DNA of 64,000 nucleotides, from assembly GCA_963674945.2 (NCBI GenBank), contig CAXXWQ010000003.1, positions 480,001 through 544,000 of the forward strand. Reading direction: 5' to 3'. How positions within the stretch are numbered: position 1 is the stretch's first letter; every line of letters begins with the position of its first letter. Below are positions 29,307 through 39,659 of this stretch, one piece after another. This DNA comes from an uncultured Desulfosarcina sp. GTDB lineage: Bacteria > Desulfobacterota > Desulfobacteria > Desulfobacterales > Desulfosarcinaceae. The notes below the pieces were generated by a model. That model saw only the letters and a program-made list of their open reading frames with translations. It ran no database searches and had not been told where the DNA came from. The position numbers were made by a program, and so were the translations under genes.

Positions 29307-32300
29307 TTAAAAGGACAATGCAACCTGAGCAATGATCAAACGATCCGGAACGTATAACGGTGACAATGGCTCGCTGGTATTAAAATTTACGTCTTGAAAT
29401 GAAAATCGTTTATCGAATAGATTTTTGGCGCTGAACGTAACGGTCCCCAGCCTTTTGGGCAGACGATAGCCAAGGGTGATGTCGGCCACCCAGAAGCGAT
29501 CCTTTTGCGTCTCGCCGGCATCGTCAAGCTTCTGGTTCACATGGGTTCCGACAATCTTGGAAAAGATACCACAGTCAAAATAATAGGCAAGGGTAATCGG
29601 GAACCGATATGTCGTCAGGCGTTTCGGCGTCACGGTAATATATTCGAATTTCTCGACGAAGGCTTCCCCGCTCACGGAAAGATTGCCCCAGGGGATCCAA
29701 TTCAGATAGGCACGGTGCAATTTTTCCTCCTGGTCCTCGTAAACCGTGGCCTCCGAAGAGGTGTCATAGTTGGGAATATCGAGATCGCGCCAGGACAGTT
29801 CGATGCCGCCGAAAAGTGTGTCGAGAATCTGGACATCGGCGGCCACCCCGTATCGTGTCACCTGGCTGCCGTCGATATCATCGAAAAACTGGTTGAACCC
29901 CGCGACCTGTGTCGGCTCCAGGGTCTCGGCAACCGCAAAGGGCCGCTTGACATTCTGAAACCATGCGGCGCGCAAGGAAAGGAAATCCAGCGGCGACCAC
30001 AAAAGGCCACTTTTCAAACGGAACCATTCATCATCGACCACATAATTGTTGATTGCATCATAAGCGGCCCCGACCACACCGACCAAGCCACGGACGATGG
30101 TCGTGTTTGCGTAAAGGTATGCATTGGCATGGTAGGTGTTGCGATCGTATCTGGCCGATGTCGTAGATATATCATCCGGAAGGGAAGGATTCATGGTTAC
30201 TGCGGAAGAAGAATCGATTCGAATCTGATCCATGTGAAAGGCTCCCATTCCCGCAATGATGGCCGTTTTCGTTGACTGATGGATCCATTGAACTTCCCCG
30301 CTGAATGCATTTGCATCCGTTGCGATCAGCTGGTCTTCGTAGGACGGATTTTCGATTCGACTCACCTCGAAGCGATCCGACAATCGTTCGGCCGCATCAC
30401 TTCCGATGAGGGAAACGATCAGATGATCGCGGGGACCCATGCACACGTTTCCTCCCAGGCGAAGACTCTTTTTCGTCTCTTCGGTGCGTTTGTCGGGCGC
30501 GAATCGATCGGGACCGAACAGCATGCGCACATCGCCCCTGTCCGTATCCCGATACCGATATTCGGCTTGAATGCCATGCCTTTTTGGCAGGGACACCTGG
30601 GCGAAGACGTTATAAATATCGTGGGTGAGGTCGTTGTTTTCCCGAAACCCTTCGGTCTGGTGATGAAATTGGCCGAGTGCGTAGGAGAAATTCCGGTAAA
30701 TGCCGGACAGCGTCAGTTCATCACCGAACGTCTCGTTGTTGCCCACCACACCGGACGCCTGGAAGGTATGGCCGTCGCTTACGAACAACGGATTGAATTC
30801 GTTAAACGCCATCCGGGATGGCCCCGTTCCCTGGAGAATCAGAAGATTGGTCTCGTTCTGCTGCGACTGCAGCGGATTCACGTTGACGGGTTGCAACAAC
30901 TTGGCCTGTAACAGCTCACTGGAACGGGCGATCTCATGTCGACGAAGCCGCACATAGGTATCGGACAGGAACCGATGCCCCGCATGTTCGCCGTAGTTCG
31001 TGTTGACTGCCTTCCACCCTTGCACCAGTGCCATCTGTTCAAATCCGAGATCGCTGTAAATCCGTCCCAGGTTTGCGCTACGCGCGGCGAGGTCCTGGTC
31101 CAGCAGCAGTCGAGAGCGGTATATGGCGCGATTGTCGTTCAATTCAATGGATTTTTGCAAATCCAGTAATGCTTCCACGGGCCGGTTGAGGCTCTGCTTG
31201 CGGATGGCGTCATAGAACCAGGGGGTGGGATCGTTGGGATCCAGTTCCTTTGCGATTTCAAACTGCTCACCGTCCTTTGGACCCCGCTTCTCATCGAAAT
31301 AGGCCTTTCCCAGATAACTTCGAATGAGCGAATTGTGCGGATCCAGGCCGGCGGCAATCTCGATCTCCTTTCGTCCCTGCGCCAGGTCTCCATCGCGAAT
31401 GGTTGCCAGCCCGAGACCAAGGCGCGGCAAGGGGGCTGACGAGTCTATGTGGATGGCCGTGTTGAATGCCTTTCGCGCCTCATCGGTTTCTATGCGGGTC
31501 AGATGGGCAAACCCCAGTAAAGAGTGGGCATTGCCATTGTAGGGATCGCGCCGGATAGCCTCTTTGGCGGCTGCGACGCCTTGGTCCAGGTTCCCGAAAG
31601 AGAGCCGCAAGTCAGCCAAACGGGCCCAGGCGATGCTGTTTTCAGGAGCCTGTTCCACCGCCTCCATTGCGATGTCCAGTGCGGCATGAAGTTGAAACGC
31701 GGCTTGGAGGGCATAGGAGAGGGCAATCTTGGTGGCTGCCGATCCGGGGGAGAGACGAACCGCTGCCCGGGCGGTAGACAGGGCGATGGTTGGACGGTTC
31801 TGGACGATATCGATAATGGCCAGAAGCGCCATCGCATCGCCATCTTCCGGCGCCATCGCCAGGGCGCGACCGATATCGGAGCGCGCCTCGACAACACGGC
31901 CCACGTGGAGCAGGAGTCCTGCACGAAGCAAAAAGTATCGTTCATCTTGATCCTGCGGAGCCGTGCTGCCGAGATGATCAATGGCTTCGTCGATCCGACC
32001 GTCACGAACCAGGTCGAATATCGTCTCATCGATTCCGGCCCAGCCTTCGGGCGCCAAGGACAGTACGGACGGGTAGTAGAGCGCCCACTGAACGCTGTCC
32101 TGCGGGTGAACGAGAATTCGGCGCTGTGGTGCGGTACCGGCCGAGGCAACGACCCCCTGCCCTTTCTCCAATAGAACAGAGCCATTGGCATTCTCTGCGA
32201 GAATGCGTCCTTGGAAAAGATCGATACGGGTCTTTTCGGAACCGACTTCCACAAAAAATTCGGTTCCCTGGACCACGCCGTTGACGAAAGGGGTGAAAAT

Positions 32301-32681
32301 TTTCAGGCTTCGGGGACGATGGCTGAAGAAATCAGCGGCCCCTTTGATCAATTTAAGAATATACGTGGAAGGACGTTCGATCTCGGTAAAGACAAGATGG
32401 GTGTCTTGATTCAACCGCACCAATGCATCGTTGCAGAGCACGAAACCGGCCCGGCTGTTGTGACCCACCCAGACTTGATCACCGGCGAAAAAAATGTCGT
32501 TAAGACGAACCTGCTGGTACTTCGACTCTCCCAATCGTTGCACCACAACACGACCCTGGATGGAAACGATTTTGCTCACCCAAGCCTCATTCCGATCCCC
32601 CGCCACCGCCACACCATCGATTTGAACAAAACCGGCACAACAAAACCAGAAGGTGAGAAAAAACAGCATCCTGCGCAGCAC
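29307..32681 (-). CDS. outer-membrane receptor: FecR domain + TPR repeats + C-terminal beta-barrel
   Basis: Signal peptide; FecR-like region (GDQVWVG..SRA, TPFVNGVVQGTEF); many TPR helices; alternating beta strands ending VALSF. Confidence 0.85.
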   Translation of the reverse strand: MLRRMLFFLTFWFCCAGFVQIDGVAVAGDRNEAWVSKIVSIQGRVVVQRLGESKYQQVRLNDIFFAGDQVWVGHNSRAGFVLCNDALVRLNQDTHLVFTEIERPSTYILKLIKGAADFFSHRPRSLKIFTPFVNGVVQGTEFFVEVGSEKTRIDLFQGRILAENANGSVLLEKGQGVVASAGTAPQRRILVHPQDSVQWALYYPSVLSLAPEGWAGIDETIFDLVRDGRIDEAIDHLGSTAPQDQDERYFLLRAGLLLHVGRVVEARSDIGRALAMAPEDGDAMALLAIIDIVQNRPTIALSTARAAVRLSPGSAATKIALSYALQAAFQLHAALDIAMEAVEQAPENSIAWARLADLRLSFGNLDQGVAAAKEAIRRDPYNGNAHSLLGFAHLTRIETDEARKAFNTAIHIDSSAPLPRLGLGLATIRDGDLAQGRKEIEIAAGLDPHNSLIRSYLGKAYFDEKRGPKDGEQFEIAKELDPNDPTPWFYDAIRKQSLNRPVEALLDLQKSIELNDNRAIYRSRLLLDQDLAARSANLGRIYSDLGFEQMALVQGWKAVNTNYGEHAGHRFLSDTYVRLRRHEIARSSELLQAKLLQPVNVNPLQSQQNETNLLILQGTGPSRMAFNEFNPLFVSDGHTFQASGVVGNNETFGDELTLSGIYRNFSYALGQFHHQTEGFRENNDLTHDIYNVFAQVSLPKRHGIQAEYRYRDTDRGDVRMLFGPDRFAPDKRTEETKKSLRLGGNVCMGPRDHLIVSLIGSDAAERLSDRFEVSRIENPSYEDQLIATDANAFSGEVQWIHQSTKTAIIAGMGAFHMDQIRIDSSSAVTMNPSLPDDISTTSARYDRNTYHANAYLYANTTIVRGLVGVVGAAYDAINNYVVDDEWFRLKSGLLWSPLDFLSLRAAWFQNVKRPFAVAETLEPTQVAGFNQFFDDIDGSQVTRYGVAADVQILDTLFGGIELSWRDLDIPNYDTSSEATVYEDQEEKLHRAYLNWIPWGNLSVSGEAFVEKFEYITVTPKRLTTYRFPITLAYYFDCGIFSKIVGTHVNQKLDDAGETQKDRFWVADITLGYRLPKRLGTVTFSAKNLFDKRFSFQDVNFNTSEPLSPLYVPDRLIIAQVALSF

Positions 32682-32757
32682 TATTTCAACCCCTTTCTAT
32701 CCTTTGGCCAATCCGTTCCGATTCAAACCAAGTCAAAGCAAAGTGGATGGATGATGA

Positions 32758-35022
32758 CTATTTTTTTTCCAGGCATACGACACCATCCCAATCACCGCCA
32801 GGTGGATGATGTCTAACATCCCGGCATCGATGGATATAAAACAGCGACGGGCCATCCATTTCATCGATTTGCAGTGCCTGATCAAAACATTGTTCCGCTT
32901 CATCCCAGCGACCATGTTGAAATGCATCCAGTCCTGACGAAAAAAGACGGCATAGGGCATCCTGCTCCTCCCATCGGTCCGGATCCGGGAGAATAAGCTC
33001 ATGAACATGCACGGGTTGAGATTTTCCTTTGAAGACGAATCGTCCGACCGGACGGCTTATCAGACCATCGTTTGCGCAAATGGCGTCCTTGGAAACCAGA
33101 ACCTGCGTCCCGAGGTATTTATTCAGACCTTCCAGCCGGGAGGCCGTATTGACGATATCCCCTACGGGTCTGTATTCAAAATGATTCATGGCACCGATGT
33201 TTCCCAGAAGCATTTCACCCGCATGAATTCCGATTCGGGTCGGCATGGCATTTTGCCCAACCTGTTTGTTGAATCGCCTGACGGTTGTCGTAATCTCGAT
33301 GGCGGCACGGCAAGCTGCATTTTTGAGTTCATCCTTCGCCTCGGGGGCCGACCAAAGTGCCATGACCGAATCACCCACCACCTGCAGCACCAGCCCCTTG
33401 TTGTCTTTAATGGGTCCAAAGACGGCCTCGTAGTACCTGTTCATCAGCCGTGTGAGACTTCCAGGATCCAGACGTTCCGAAAGGGCGGTGTAATTCTGCG
33501 CATCCGTAAACAGGCAAACCCCGTAAAACACCTGGCCACCGAGACGAAGCGCCTTCGTGTTGGCCGATAACCGATCCACCAAATCGTTCGGAAGATAGTA
33601 ACCGAACGCCTCGCGGATATTCTCCCGCTCTCGGGAGACCTGCCGGTATTTCAGGACGATGCAAACGATGTAAGAGGCATGCGTTTGAAGTAAAATGGGT
33701 ACCACCAAGGGATACCAGACGCCGCTGACTTTAAACTGATAGTTGGCCACCACAAAATAGAATCCGTTTAAAAGCACAAGGCCGAATGCGGAAACGATGG
33801 AGGAGAAATGAAGGCTGATGAGTACTGTGATCACCCCCCAAATCATCAGAAAAAGCGTGCATGGGACTGGTGGCAAAGGATAAACGGCTTTGTCCTCAAC
33901 GAGATTGGCAAAGGCCGTGGCGGCGATTTCCACACCGCTGACATCCTGTCCCGTTTTCCCGGAAAAGACGGTGTAGAAACCGTCATGGGTCTTTATCCAG
34001 TTGCTGCCGGTCTGTCCCACAAAGTAGGCCTTTCTTCCTGAAATCATCGATTTTTCACCGATGTTATCGGATTCAGGTTCTACCAGCAGTTGGTGATAGG
34101 GAAGGTTTGGAATCGTGCCTGCCGGACCGTAAAAATTAATGTATCGGCTTTTTCCATTTTTATAGAGGTTTAGGAGAGAACGGATCAACTGCCTGTTGAC
34201 ATATGTAATTTCCTCTTCAGGAACACTCGATAGTGTTTCCAATGCTTCTTCGGCCAATGTCGAATTGTTCTCGAAGAGCGTCCGCAGGGGACGAATCATG
34301 GTAACGATGGTCCGTTCGTCGTAAAGTCCGTCTTCGGCCACGGGAATCACACGGCCGATTTCGCCATTCACGGACAGGAGAAGATCGATAAATGCGGGAA
34401 AAGCTTCCTTGGCAAAGATATGAAAGGTCACGACCGGTAAGGTCGGAATGTTCCCGGAACCGGGCCGAAAAAGCCAATATTGATTCAGTTGAATGGGAAT
34501 TTTCGGAAGTGGGAAGGGAGCTTGCCCGACGGCGGCGTCGCCGAGCAGGGGGATGGCCGATATCATCCGCTCGATGTTGAGACTGACCGTTCGACTGCCG
34601 CCTTGATCCTGGATCGGAAGGGTCCGCCTGTCGATACTTTGGGTCAATACGACATTACCGGCATTACGAATGGCCGATGCGAACATCTCATCGTTGACCT
34701 CATCTTGGGGTTCATAGAAAATCATATCGAAGGCGATTACCCCGGCCTGCCTGGTGGACAATTTTTCGACAAGGTTGGCGTGGAGCTGTCTTGGCCATTT
34801 ATTGGGAACGAACGGAAGGCCCAACGCTTTGGCGGATTCACTGTTGATGGCGACAACCGCCACATCGACATTTGCCTTCTCCGGTCCGCGAAGGATATAT
34901 AAAAGTTGGAGGCCGAGGCTCTCCTCTGCGTCCAATATCATGGGTATCATACTGGAAATTACACCCAACAAGCTGATCCCAATGCATATGTAGTATCTCG
35001 CCCTCGGTTGACGACGGGACAT
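32758..35022 (-). CDS. CHASE2-domain membrane class III nucleotide cyclase
   Basis: CHASE2 (WPRQLHA, IAFDMIF, SGVEIAATAFANL); three transmembrane helices; cyclase motifs LFTDAQNYT, VVGDSVMA, GIHAG, GDIVNTASRLEGLNK; C-terminal TPR-like tail WDGV. Confidence 0.92.
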   Translation of the reverse strand: MSRRQPRARYYICIGISLLGVISSMIPMILDAEESLGLQLLYILRGPEKANVDVAVVAINSESAKALGLPFVPNKWPRQLHANLVEKLSTRQAGVIAFDMIFYEPQDEVNDEMFASAIRNAGNVVLTQSIDRRTLPIQDQGGSRTVSLNIERMISAIPLLGDAAVGQAPFPLPKIPIQLNQYWLFRPGSGNIPTLPVVTFHIFAKEAFPAFIDLLLSVNGEIGRVIPVAEDGLYDERTIVTMIRPLRTLFENNSTLAEEALETLSSVPEEEITYVNRQLIRSLLNLYKNGKSRYINFYGPAGTIPNLPYHQLLVEPESDNIGEKSMISGRKAYFVGQTGSNWIKTHDGFYTVFSGKTGQDVSGVEIAATAFANLVEDKAVYPLPPVPCTLFLMIWGVITVLISLHFSSIVSAFGLVLLNGFYFVVANYQFKVSGVWYPLVVPILLQTHASYIVCIVLKYRQVSRERENIREAFGYYLPNDLVDRLSANTKALRLGGQVFYGVCLFTDAQNYTALSERLDPGSLTRLMNRYYEAVFGPIKDNKGLVLQVVGDSVMALWSAPEAKDELKNAACRAAIEITTTVRRFNKQVGQNAMPTRIGIHAGEMLLGNIGAMNHFEYRPVGDIVNTASRLEGLNKYLGTQVLVSKDAICANDGLISRPVGRFVFKGKSQPVHVHELILPDPDRWEEQDALCRLFSSGLDAFQHGRWDEAEQCFDQALQIDEMDGPSLFYIHRCRDVRHHPPGGDWDGVVCLEKK

Positions 35023-35491
35023 CGGATCTCCTCAATCTTACGTAAACCACACAAACGCGTTCTTGTCGCGACAACATTTTCGTATAAGGTGCGGAAAATA
35101 CGTAGATTTCATGCTACTAACGAACTGGCGTGATCACCCTTCCTCCGCCGTTGTATCTGGAAAAGGGATTCCGCGTGGAACGCGTTGGACACGCCTTTTT
35201 TCAACCAGTAACGGTCGCGCGTCAGAGCAAATTCATCGATTGTTGATCTAATGGGGCTGAAAGAATCGAATTGGTTGAATTATGCCAAATTATTACAAAA
35301 ACGCCTGGATATGTCAACACAAAGAGGAGACATCCGACGCCTTTCACCTTACAAAGAAGGTTACGGGCATAAAGGCGCCATCGGTATCCTCCCACACGAA
35401 CAGTATCGTGAAACTTTGCGGCAAATATGATAAGCAATTCACAATTGAAGTCGTTTCGATCCGATGTACAAGATCGTAGACGCGGATCTTC

Positions 35492-36421
35492 TTGAAAATT
35501 CAACCTGGTTTACAGGAAAAGCAGGTGAAGACAACCGAATACAACGGCTCATATAATCGACTGGAACGCCTCGACCGTTACCTCGCGGAAAAAGAATCGC
35601 AGGTTTCTCATTTACGGGACGATTGTGAAAAAAAAATTGTCTGGTACAACGGCATACGACGCAGACGGAAATTGGCCATCGTTTACATTCACGGTTTTTC
35701 CGCCAGCCGCAAGGAGACCTGGCCCCTGTGTGACAGACTGGCCCGCCTTGTAAACGCCAATTTGTTTTACACCCGGCTGGCCGGACATGGGCAGGATGGA
35801 GCCGCAATGGGCGAGGCCCGGGTTTCGGATTGGTTGAACGATGGTATGGAGGCGGTGTCCATAGGCCGGATGCTTGGAGAGAAGATTATCCTTGTGGGTA
35901 CGTCCACAGGCGGCACCCTGGTGACCTGGTTATCATCCCAAAAGGAGGTGATTCCTGTGATCGCGGGTTTGATCTTGATTTCTCCCAATTTTTTCCCCTT
36001 AAATCCCATGGCAGCCGCTACATTGTGGCCACCGGGTCTCCGGTTTTTTGAACGATTGATGGGAAGCTGGCGATGTTTGACGGTCTCAAACACCACACAG
36101 GCGAACTACTGGACCGTCCGATATCCGATTCGGTCCATACGCACCATGATGCAACTGGTCCGCCTCTCCTGGCGGGTCAATCTGAGAAGGATTGCGGCCC
36201 CCGTGTTGATGCTGACCAACCCGTTCGACAGGATCGTAAACGTATTGCTGGCGAGGATCCGTTTCTCGGGTTTCGGATCCAAGGCCAAACGGGTAATATG
36301 GTTTACGGCCAACAAGGATCCGGACCGCCATTTACTGGCCGGCAACCTGATGGCTCCGGAGGGAACCGATGAAGCACTGGCAAGGATTCAACGTTTTCTC
36401 TCCGAATTCGTCCTTAATTAG
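35492..36421 (+). CDS. alpha/beta-fold hydrolase (esterase/lysophospholipase-like)
   Basis: YIHGFSAS, RLAGHG and the GTSTGG nucleophile elbow. Start codon uncertain. Confidence 0.82.
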   Translation: MKIQPGLQEKQVKTTEYNGSYNRLERLDRYLAEKESQVSHLRDDCEKKIVWYNGIRRRRKLAIVYIHGFSASRKETWPLCDRLARLVNANLFYTRLAGHGQDGAAMGEARVSDWLNDGMEAVSIGRMLGEKIILVGTSTGGTLVTWLSSQKEVIPVIAGLILISPNFFPLNPMAAATLWPPGLRFFERLMGSWRCLTVSNTTQANYWTVRYPIRSIRTMMQLVRLSWRVNLRRIAAPVLMLTNPFDRIVNVLLARIRFSGFGSKAKRVIWFTANKDPDRHLLAGNLMAPEGTDEALARIQRFLSEFVLN

Positions 36422-36647
36422 TTTTATTCAAACCGTGTGCTGTGTACCCGGAGCCAACCCGAGCGACACAGCACTGACGTGCTTTCAGATAGCCGGCCGA
36501 TGGAGCGAATATCCAAGCCACACGTTTCGCGGGTAGTCGTTGACTGACAGATAGGGGTTTGCTAAGAATTGGAATCTCCTCTTCTTGTTAAGACATCCAA
36601 CAAAATGGGAGATATCCCCAAAGCAGTATATCATTTGAAAGGAGGCC

Positions 36648-37382
36648 ATGATGAGGTCTTTGTTTCTTCTCGCCCTTTCCCTTTTCGTCATTGCAAGTCC
36701 AAGCGCCGTATTGGCCCAAACCCAATCTTCCCTCGATCGAAATCTTATTTTTGCGGAGGGAACGGCAGAGGTCACGGGCCAGAATGACTCGGCCGGGATT
36801 TCACTTTCGGTGCAAAGTGAAGCCCGAGAGATGGAATCGGCGGCAACCGACAATGCCGCCAGAACAGAAGCCGTTTTGCAGGCAATCAAGTCGCTTCGCA
36901 TTGAAAATCTGAAGGTAAAAACCAGCGATTATCGCGTTACGCCCCAAAAAGATTTTAAGGCAAGACCGCCTGTAACCAAGGGGTATGTCGTTCACAACGA
37001 TATCGAGATCACGACGGAAGGCTTTACTCCTGAAAAGTTGGCCGACCATGTATCGAAGATTATTGACACAGCCCTTATGAAAGGCGCAAACACGGTTCGG
37101 AACATTCAGTTTTATGTCAAGGACAAGCATGAACTGGAAAAACAGGGACTGACACTTGCAACCAAAGATGCCATTGTCCAGGCGCAAATCCTGGCCGGTG
37201 CCGCGGGTGTCAAGCTCAAACGAATCGTTTCCATCAGCACCCGACCGATCGCTGCGCCGGTACGGGCCGAAATGCTCAGGGCTGCCACAATAACCGCAAA
37301 AGACGCCTCCATGGAACCCCCCATCGAGTCCGGGGAAAGCAAAATTCGAGTCCGCGTGAGCGTGGTATACGAAATGGAATAG
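36648..37382 (+). CDS. SIMPL/DUF541 periplasmic protein
   Basis: Signal peptide; GTAEV..DSA; A..LA..AGVKL; PIESGE..VRVSVVYE. Confidence 0.85.
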   Translation: MMRSLFLLALSLFVIASPSAVLAQTQSSLDRNLIFAEGTAEVTGQNDSAGISLSVQSEAREMESAATDNAARTEAVLQAIKSLRIENLKVKTSDYRVTPQKDFKARPPVTKGYVVHNDIEITTEGFTPEKLADHVSKIIDTALMKGANTVRNIQFYVKDKHELEKQGLTLATKDAIVQAQILAGAAGVKLKRIVSISTRPIAAPVRAEMLRAATITAKDASMEPPIESGESKIRVRVSVVYEME

Positions 37383-37394
37383 AGTGAAAGACGT

Positions 37395-37883
37395 ATGACC
37401 ACATCGATTCAAGAGGGTTATCTTCCGGGAATCATCGGGCGCGTCACTGAATTGCACGCGTACTATTACAGTCGCCATTGGGGATTCGGCCAGTTTTTTG
37501 AGGCCAAGGTGGCATGCGAATTATCCGCCTTCTTGAACCGGTTTGATGAGAGGCGTGACGGTATATGGTGTGTTACACATGCCGGACGCATCGAAGGAAG
37601 CATCGCTATCGATGGTATTCATGCGGGTAATGAGGGCGCTCACTTGCGGTGGTTTATTGTCTCGGAGAATTTCATGGGAAAAAACCTGGGAAATCGGCTG
37701 ATCCAAAAGGCCGTGGATTTCTGCCGATCCGCAGAGCACCGCAATGTTTTTCTTTGGACCTTCGAAGGACTGAACACCGCTCGCCATCTTTATGAAAAGC
37801 ATGGATTTTGCCTGGACGTTCAGAAAAAAGGAGATCAATGGGGCAAGCAGGTCATCGAACAGAAGTTCGTTCTCAGGATCTGA
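37395..37883 (+). CDS. GNAT N-acetyltransferase
   Basis: AHLRWFIV...GKNLGNRL, LWTF and ARHLYEKHGF motifs. Confidence 0.88.
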   Translation: MTTSIQEGYLPGIIGRVTELHAYYYSRHWGFGQFFEAKVACELSAFLNRFDERRDGIWCVTHAGRIEGSIAIDGIHAGNEGAHLRWFIVSENFMGKNLGNRLIQKAVDFCRSAEHRNVFLWTFEGLNTARHLYEKHGFCLDVQKKGDQWGKQVIEQKFVLRI

Positions 37884-38001
37884 TTTACTCTATTGTATCA
37901 ATCGAAGCGTAATAGATCTGGCGGATTTTCGACATACTTCCAACTGACCAAGCAGATAGATTCATGCAGCTTTGGAAGGAATTGAATCTTACGAAGACGA
38001 A

Positions 38002-38424
38002 TTACTCATCCGATACCCTGACCTTTCGCCGCAATTCCTTCAGCCGTCCCCGCCGGTTCTTGATGTCCATCCGTCGACGGCGGGCGCTACGGGAAACGCG
38101 GGTGGGCTTCCGTTTTTTCACCGGCACCATGGCATCCCGGATCAGCCGTACCAGTCGCAAGTGCGCCACATCGCGGTTTTGCGCGAAGGTGCGATGTTCC
38201 TGAGCCTTGATCACGATGATCCCATCCCGGTTGATACGCCGGTCACGGCTGGATAGGAGACGGTCCTGTACTTCCCTCGGCAGGCTGGAAGAACGGATAT
38301 CGAATCGAAGATGAACCGCCGACGCTACCTTGTTCACGTTCTGGCCACCCGCACCACTGGCACGGATGGCGGTCATTTCCACCTCATTGTCCTGAATGAA
38401 AAGATGGGGTGTTATCTCGAGCAT
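38002..38424 (-). CDS. arfB: alternative ribosome rescue peptidyl-tRNA hydrolase ArfB
   Basis: RASGAGGQNVNKV (GGQ) and a basic C-terminal tail RKPTR...RR. Confidence 0.93.
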   Translation of the reverse strand: MLEITPHLFIQDNEVEMTAIRASGAGGQNVNKVASAVHLRFDIRSSSLPREVQDRLLSSRDRRINRDGIIVIKAQEHRTFAQNRDVAHLRLVRLIRDAMVPVKKRKPTRVSRSARRRRMDIKNRRGRLKELRRKVRVSDE

Positions 38425-38699
38425 GGGGTACTATCTCTACCTTAAACTGGGCGTTTCAAATTTTTTTGAAAAATGTGAAACCCATTGGGATTGCCGATCT
38501 CGCCGCATCTACGGTGTCAGATGTCTTCCATTATAGTAGGCAAGAGATAGAAAATTCAACGATTTCTCAACATGATTGTATATTTGGTAATCCCAAAAGG
38601 GCATACAGTGAGAATATGTTGCGTCGTACAGAACCAAAATGGACAGCAAATTCGGTGCTTACCGGATGGCGCAGGGGCGTAAAAACTGAAGGGAAGAAG

Positions 38700-38737
38700 G
38701 GCGCAATACAAGGGCACCCAATCCTATGTATTGCGCC
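38700..38737. repeat. REP-like palindrome or terminator downstream of metF
   Basis: ggcgcaataca-N16-tgtattgcgcc, a perfect 11-bp stem. Confidence 0.5.
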
Positions 38738-38780
38738 GACTCCATTGAAAAAAGCGTGGGGGTTGCCCCTGGCAAGGATG

Positions 38781-39659
38781 CTACAATCGTCCCTCCTGTC
38801 GAAGCCGGGATACAATCTCCTTCGTGGATCTGCTGCGATCCATCGTGTAAAAGTGCAAACCGGGAACACCCTGTTCCAGCAGCCCCCGGCACTGCTCGGT
38901 GGCGAATTCCACCCCGAATGCCAGAACCGAATCCTTGTCCGCATCCGCCAACCGGTCCAGTTCCTTTTGCAATCCCTCGGTAATCGTCGTTCCGCAGACT
39001 TTGGACAGGGTTTTGGTTAATCCGATGGTATAGACGGGCATAATCCCGGGAACAATCGGAATGGTCACACCCGCTGAGCGGCATTTCTTCACGTATTCGA
39101 AGAAGACGTCGTTATTATAGCAATACTGGGCCACCACGTAGGATGCTCCATTATCCTGTTTGAGTTTGAGGTATTGGATATCCTTTTCAAGGCTTTCCGC
39201 CTGAATGTGGCCCTCGGGATAGCCGGCACAACCGAGACAGAATGGATACCGATCCTTGATATAGGAGATCATGCTGGAAGCGTGCTGAAAACTATCCTTA
39301 CTCGCGACGAAATCCTCATTTTGGGGTTCGTCGCCGCGAATGACAAAAATGGTTTCAACACCCAGTTTCTCATACCGGTCCATCTCCCTGGAAATATCTT
39401 CGGGACCGAGTCCGAAACCGGCGATATAGGCAACCGTGGAAATCTTTTTGTCGGCGATCAATTTCGTCACCGTTTGATAGGAGCCCTCCCTTGTCGATCC
39501 ACCGGCACCGAATGTTACCGATACATAATCCGGGTCTGTTTCTACGAGTGTGTCGATTACCTTATCGAACTGTGCCGCAGCCGTTTCATTTCTTGGAGGA
39601 AAAAATTCGTACGAGATGACTGGCTTGCCGTTGGCAGCATACCGTTTCCCCACATCCAT
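38781..39659 (-). CDS. metF: 5,10-methylenetetrahydrofolate reductase
   Basis: SYEFFPP, VSVTFGAGGST, IRGD, AGYPEGH, PIVPGIMP and GLHFYT motifs. Confidence 0.92.
   Translation of the reverse strand: MDVGKRYAANGKPVISYEFFPPRNETAAAQFDKVIDTLVETDPDYVSVTFGAGGSTREGSYQTVTKLIADKKISTVAYIAGFGLGPEDISREMDRYEKLGVETIFVIRGDEPQNEDFVASKDSFQHASSMISYIKDRYPFCLGCAGYPEGHIQAESLEKDIQYLKLKQDNGASYVVAQYCYNNDVFFEYVKKCRSAGVTIPIVPGIMPVYTIGLTKTLSKVCGTTITEGLQKELDRLADADKDSVLAFGVEFATEQCRGLLEQGVPGLHFYTMDRSRSTKEIVSRLRQEGRL

Noticed and set aside
35064..35075. TTGTCGCGACAA palindrome upstream of the cyclase
   Set aside because: A single 12-bp palindrome that does not match the CRP box; insufficient support for an operator.
35222..35503. 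Short ORFs on both strands between the cyclase and the hydrolase
   Set aside because: No convincing RBS or motifs; likely divergent promoter DNA.
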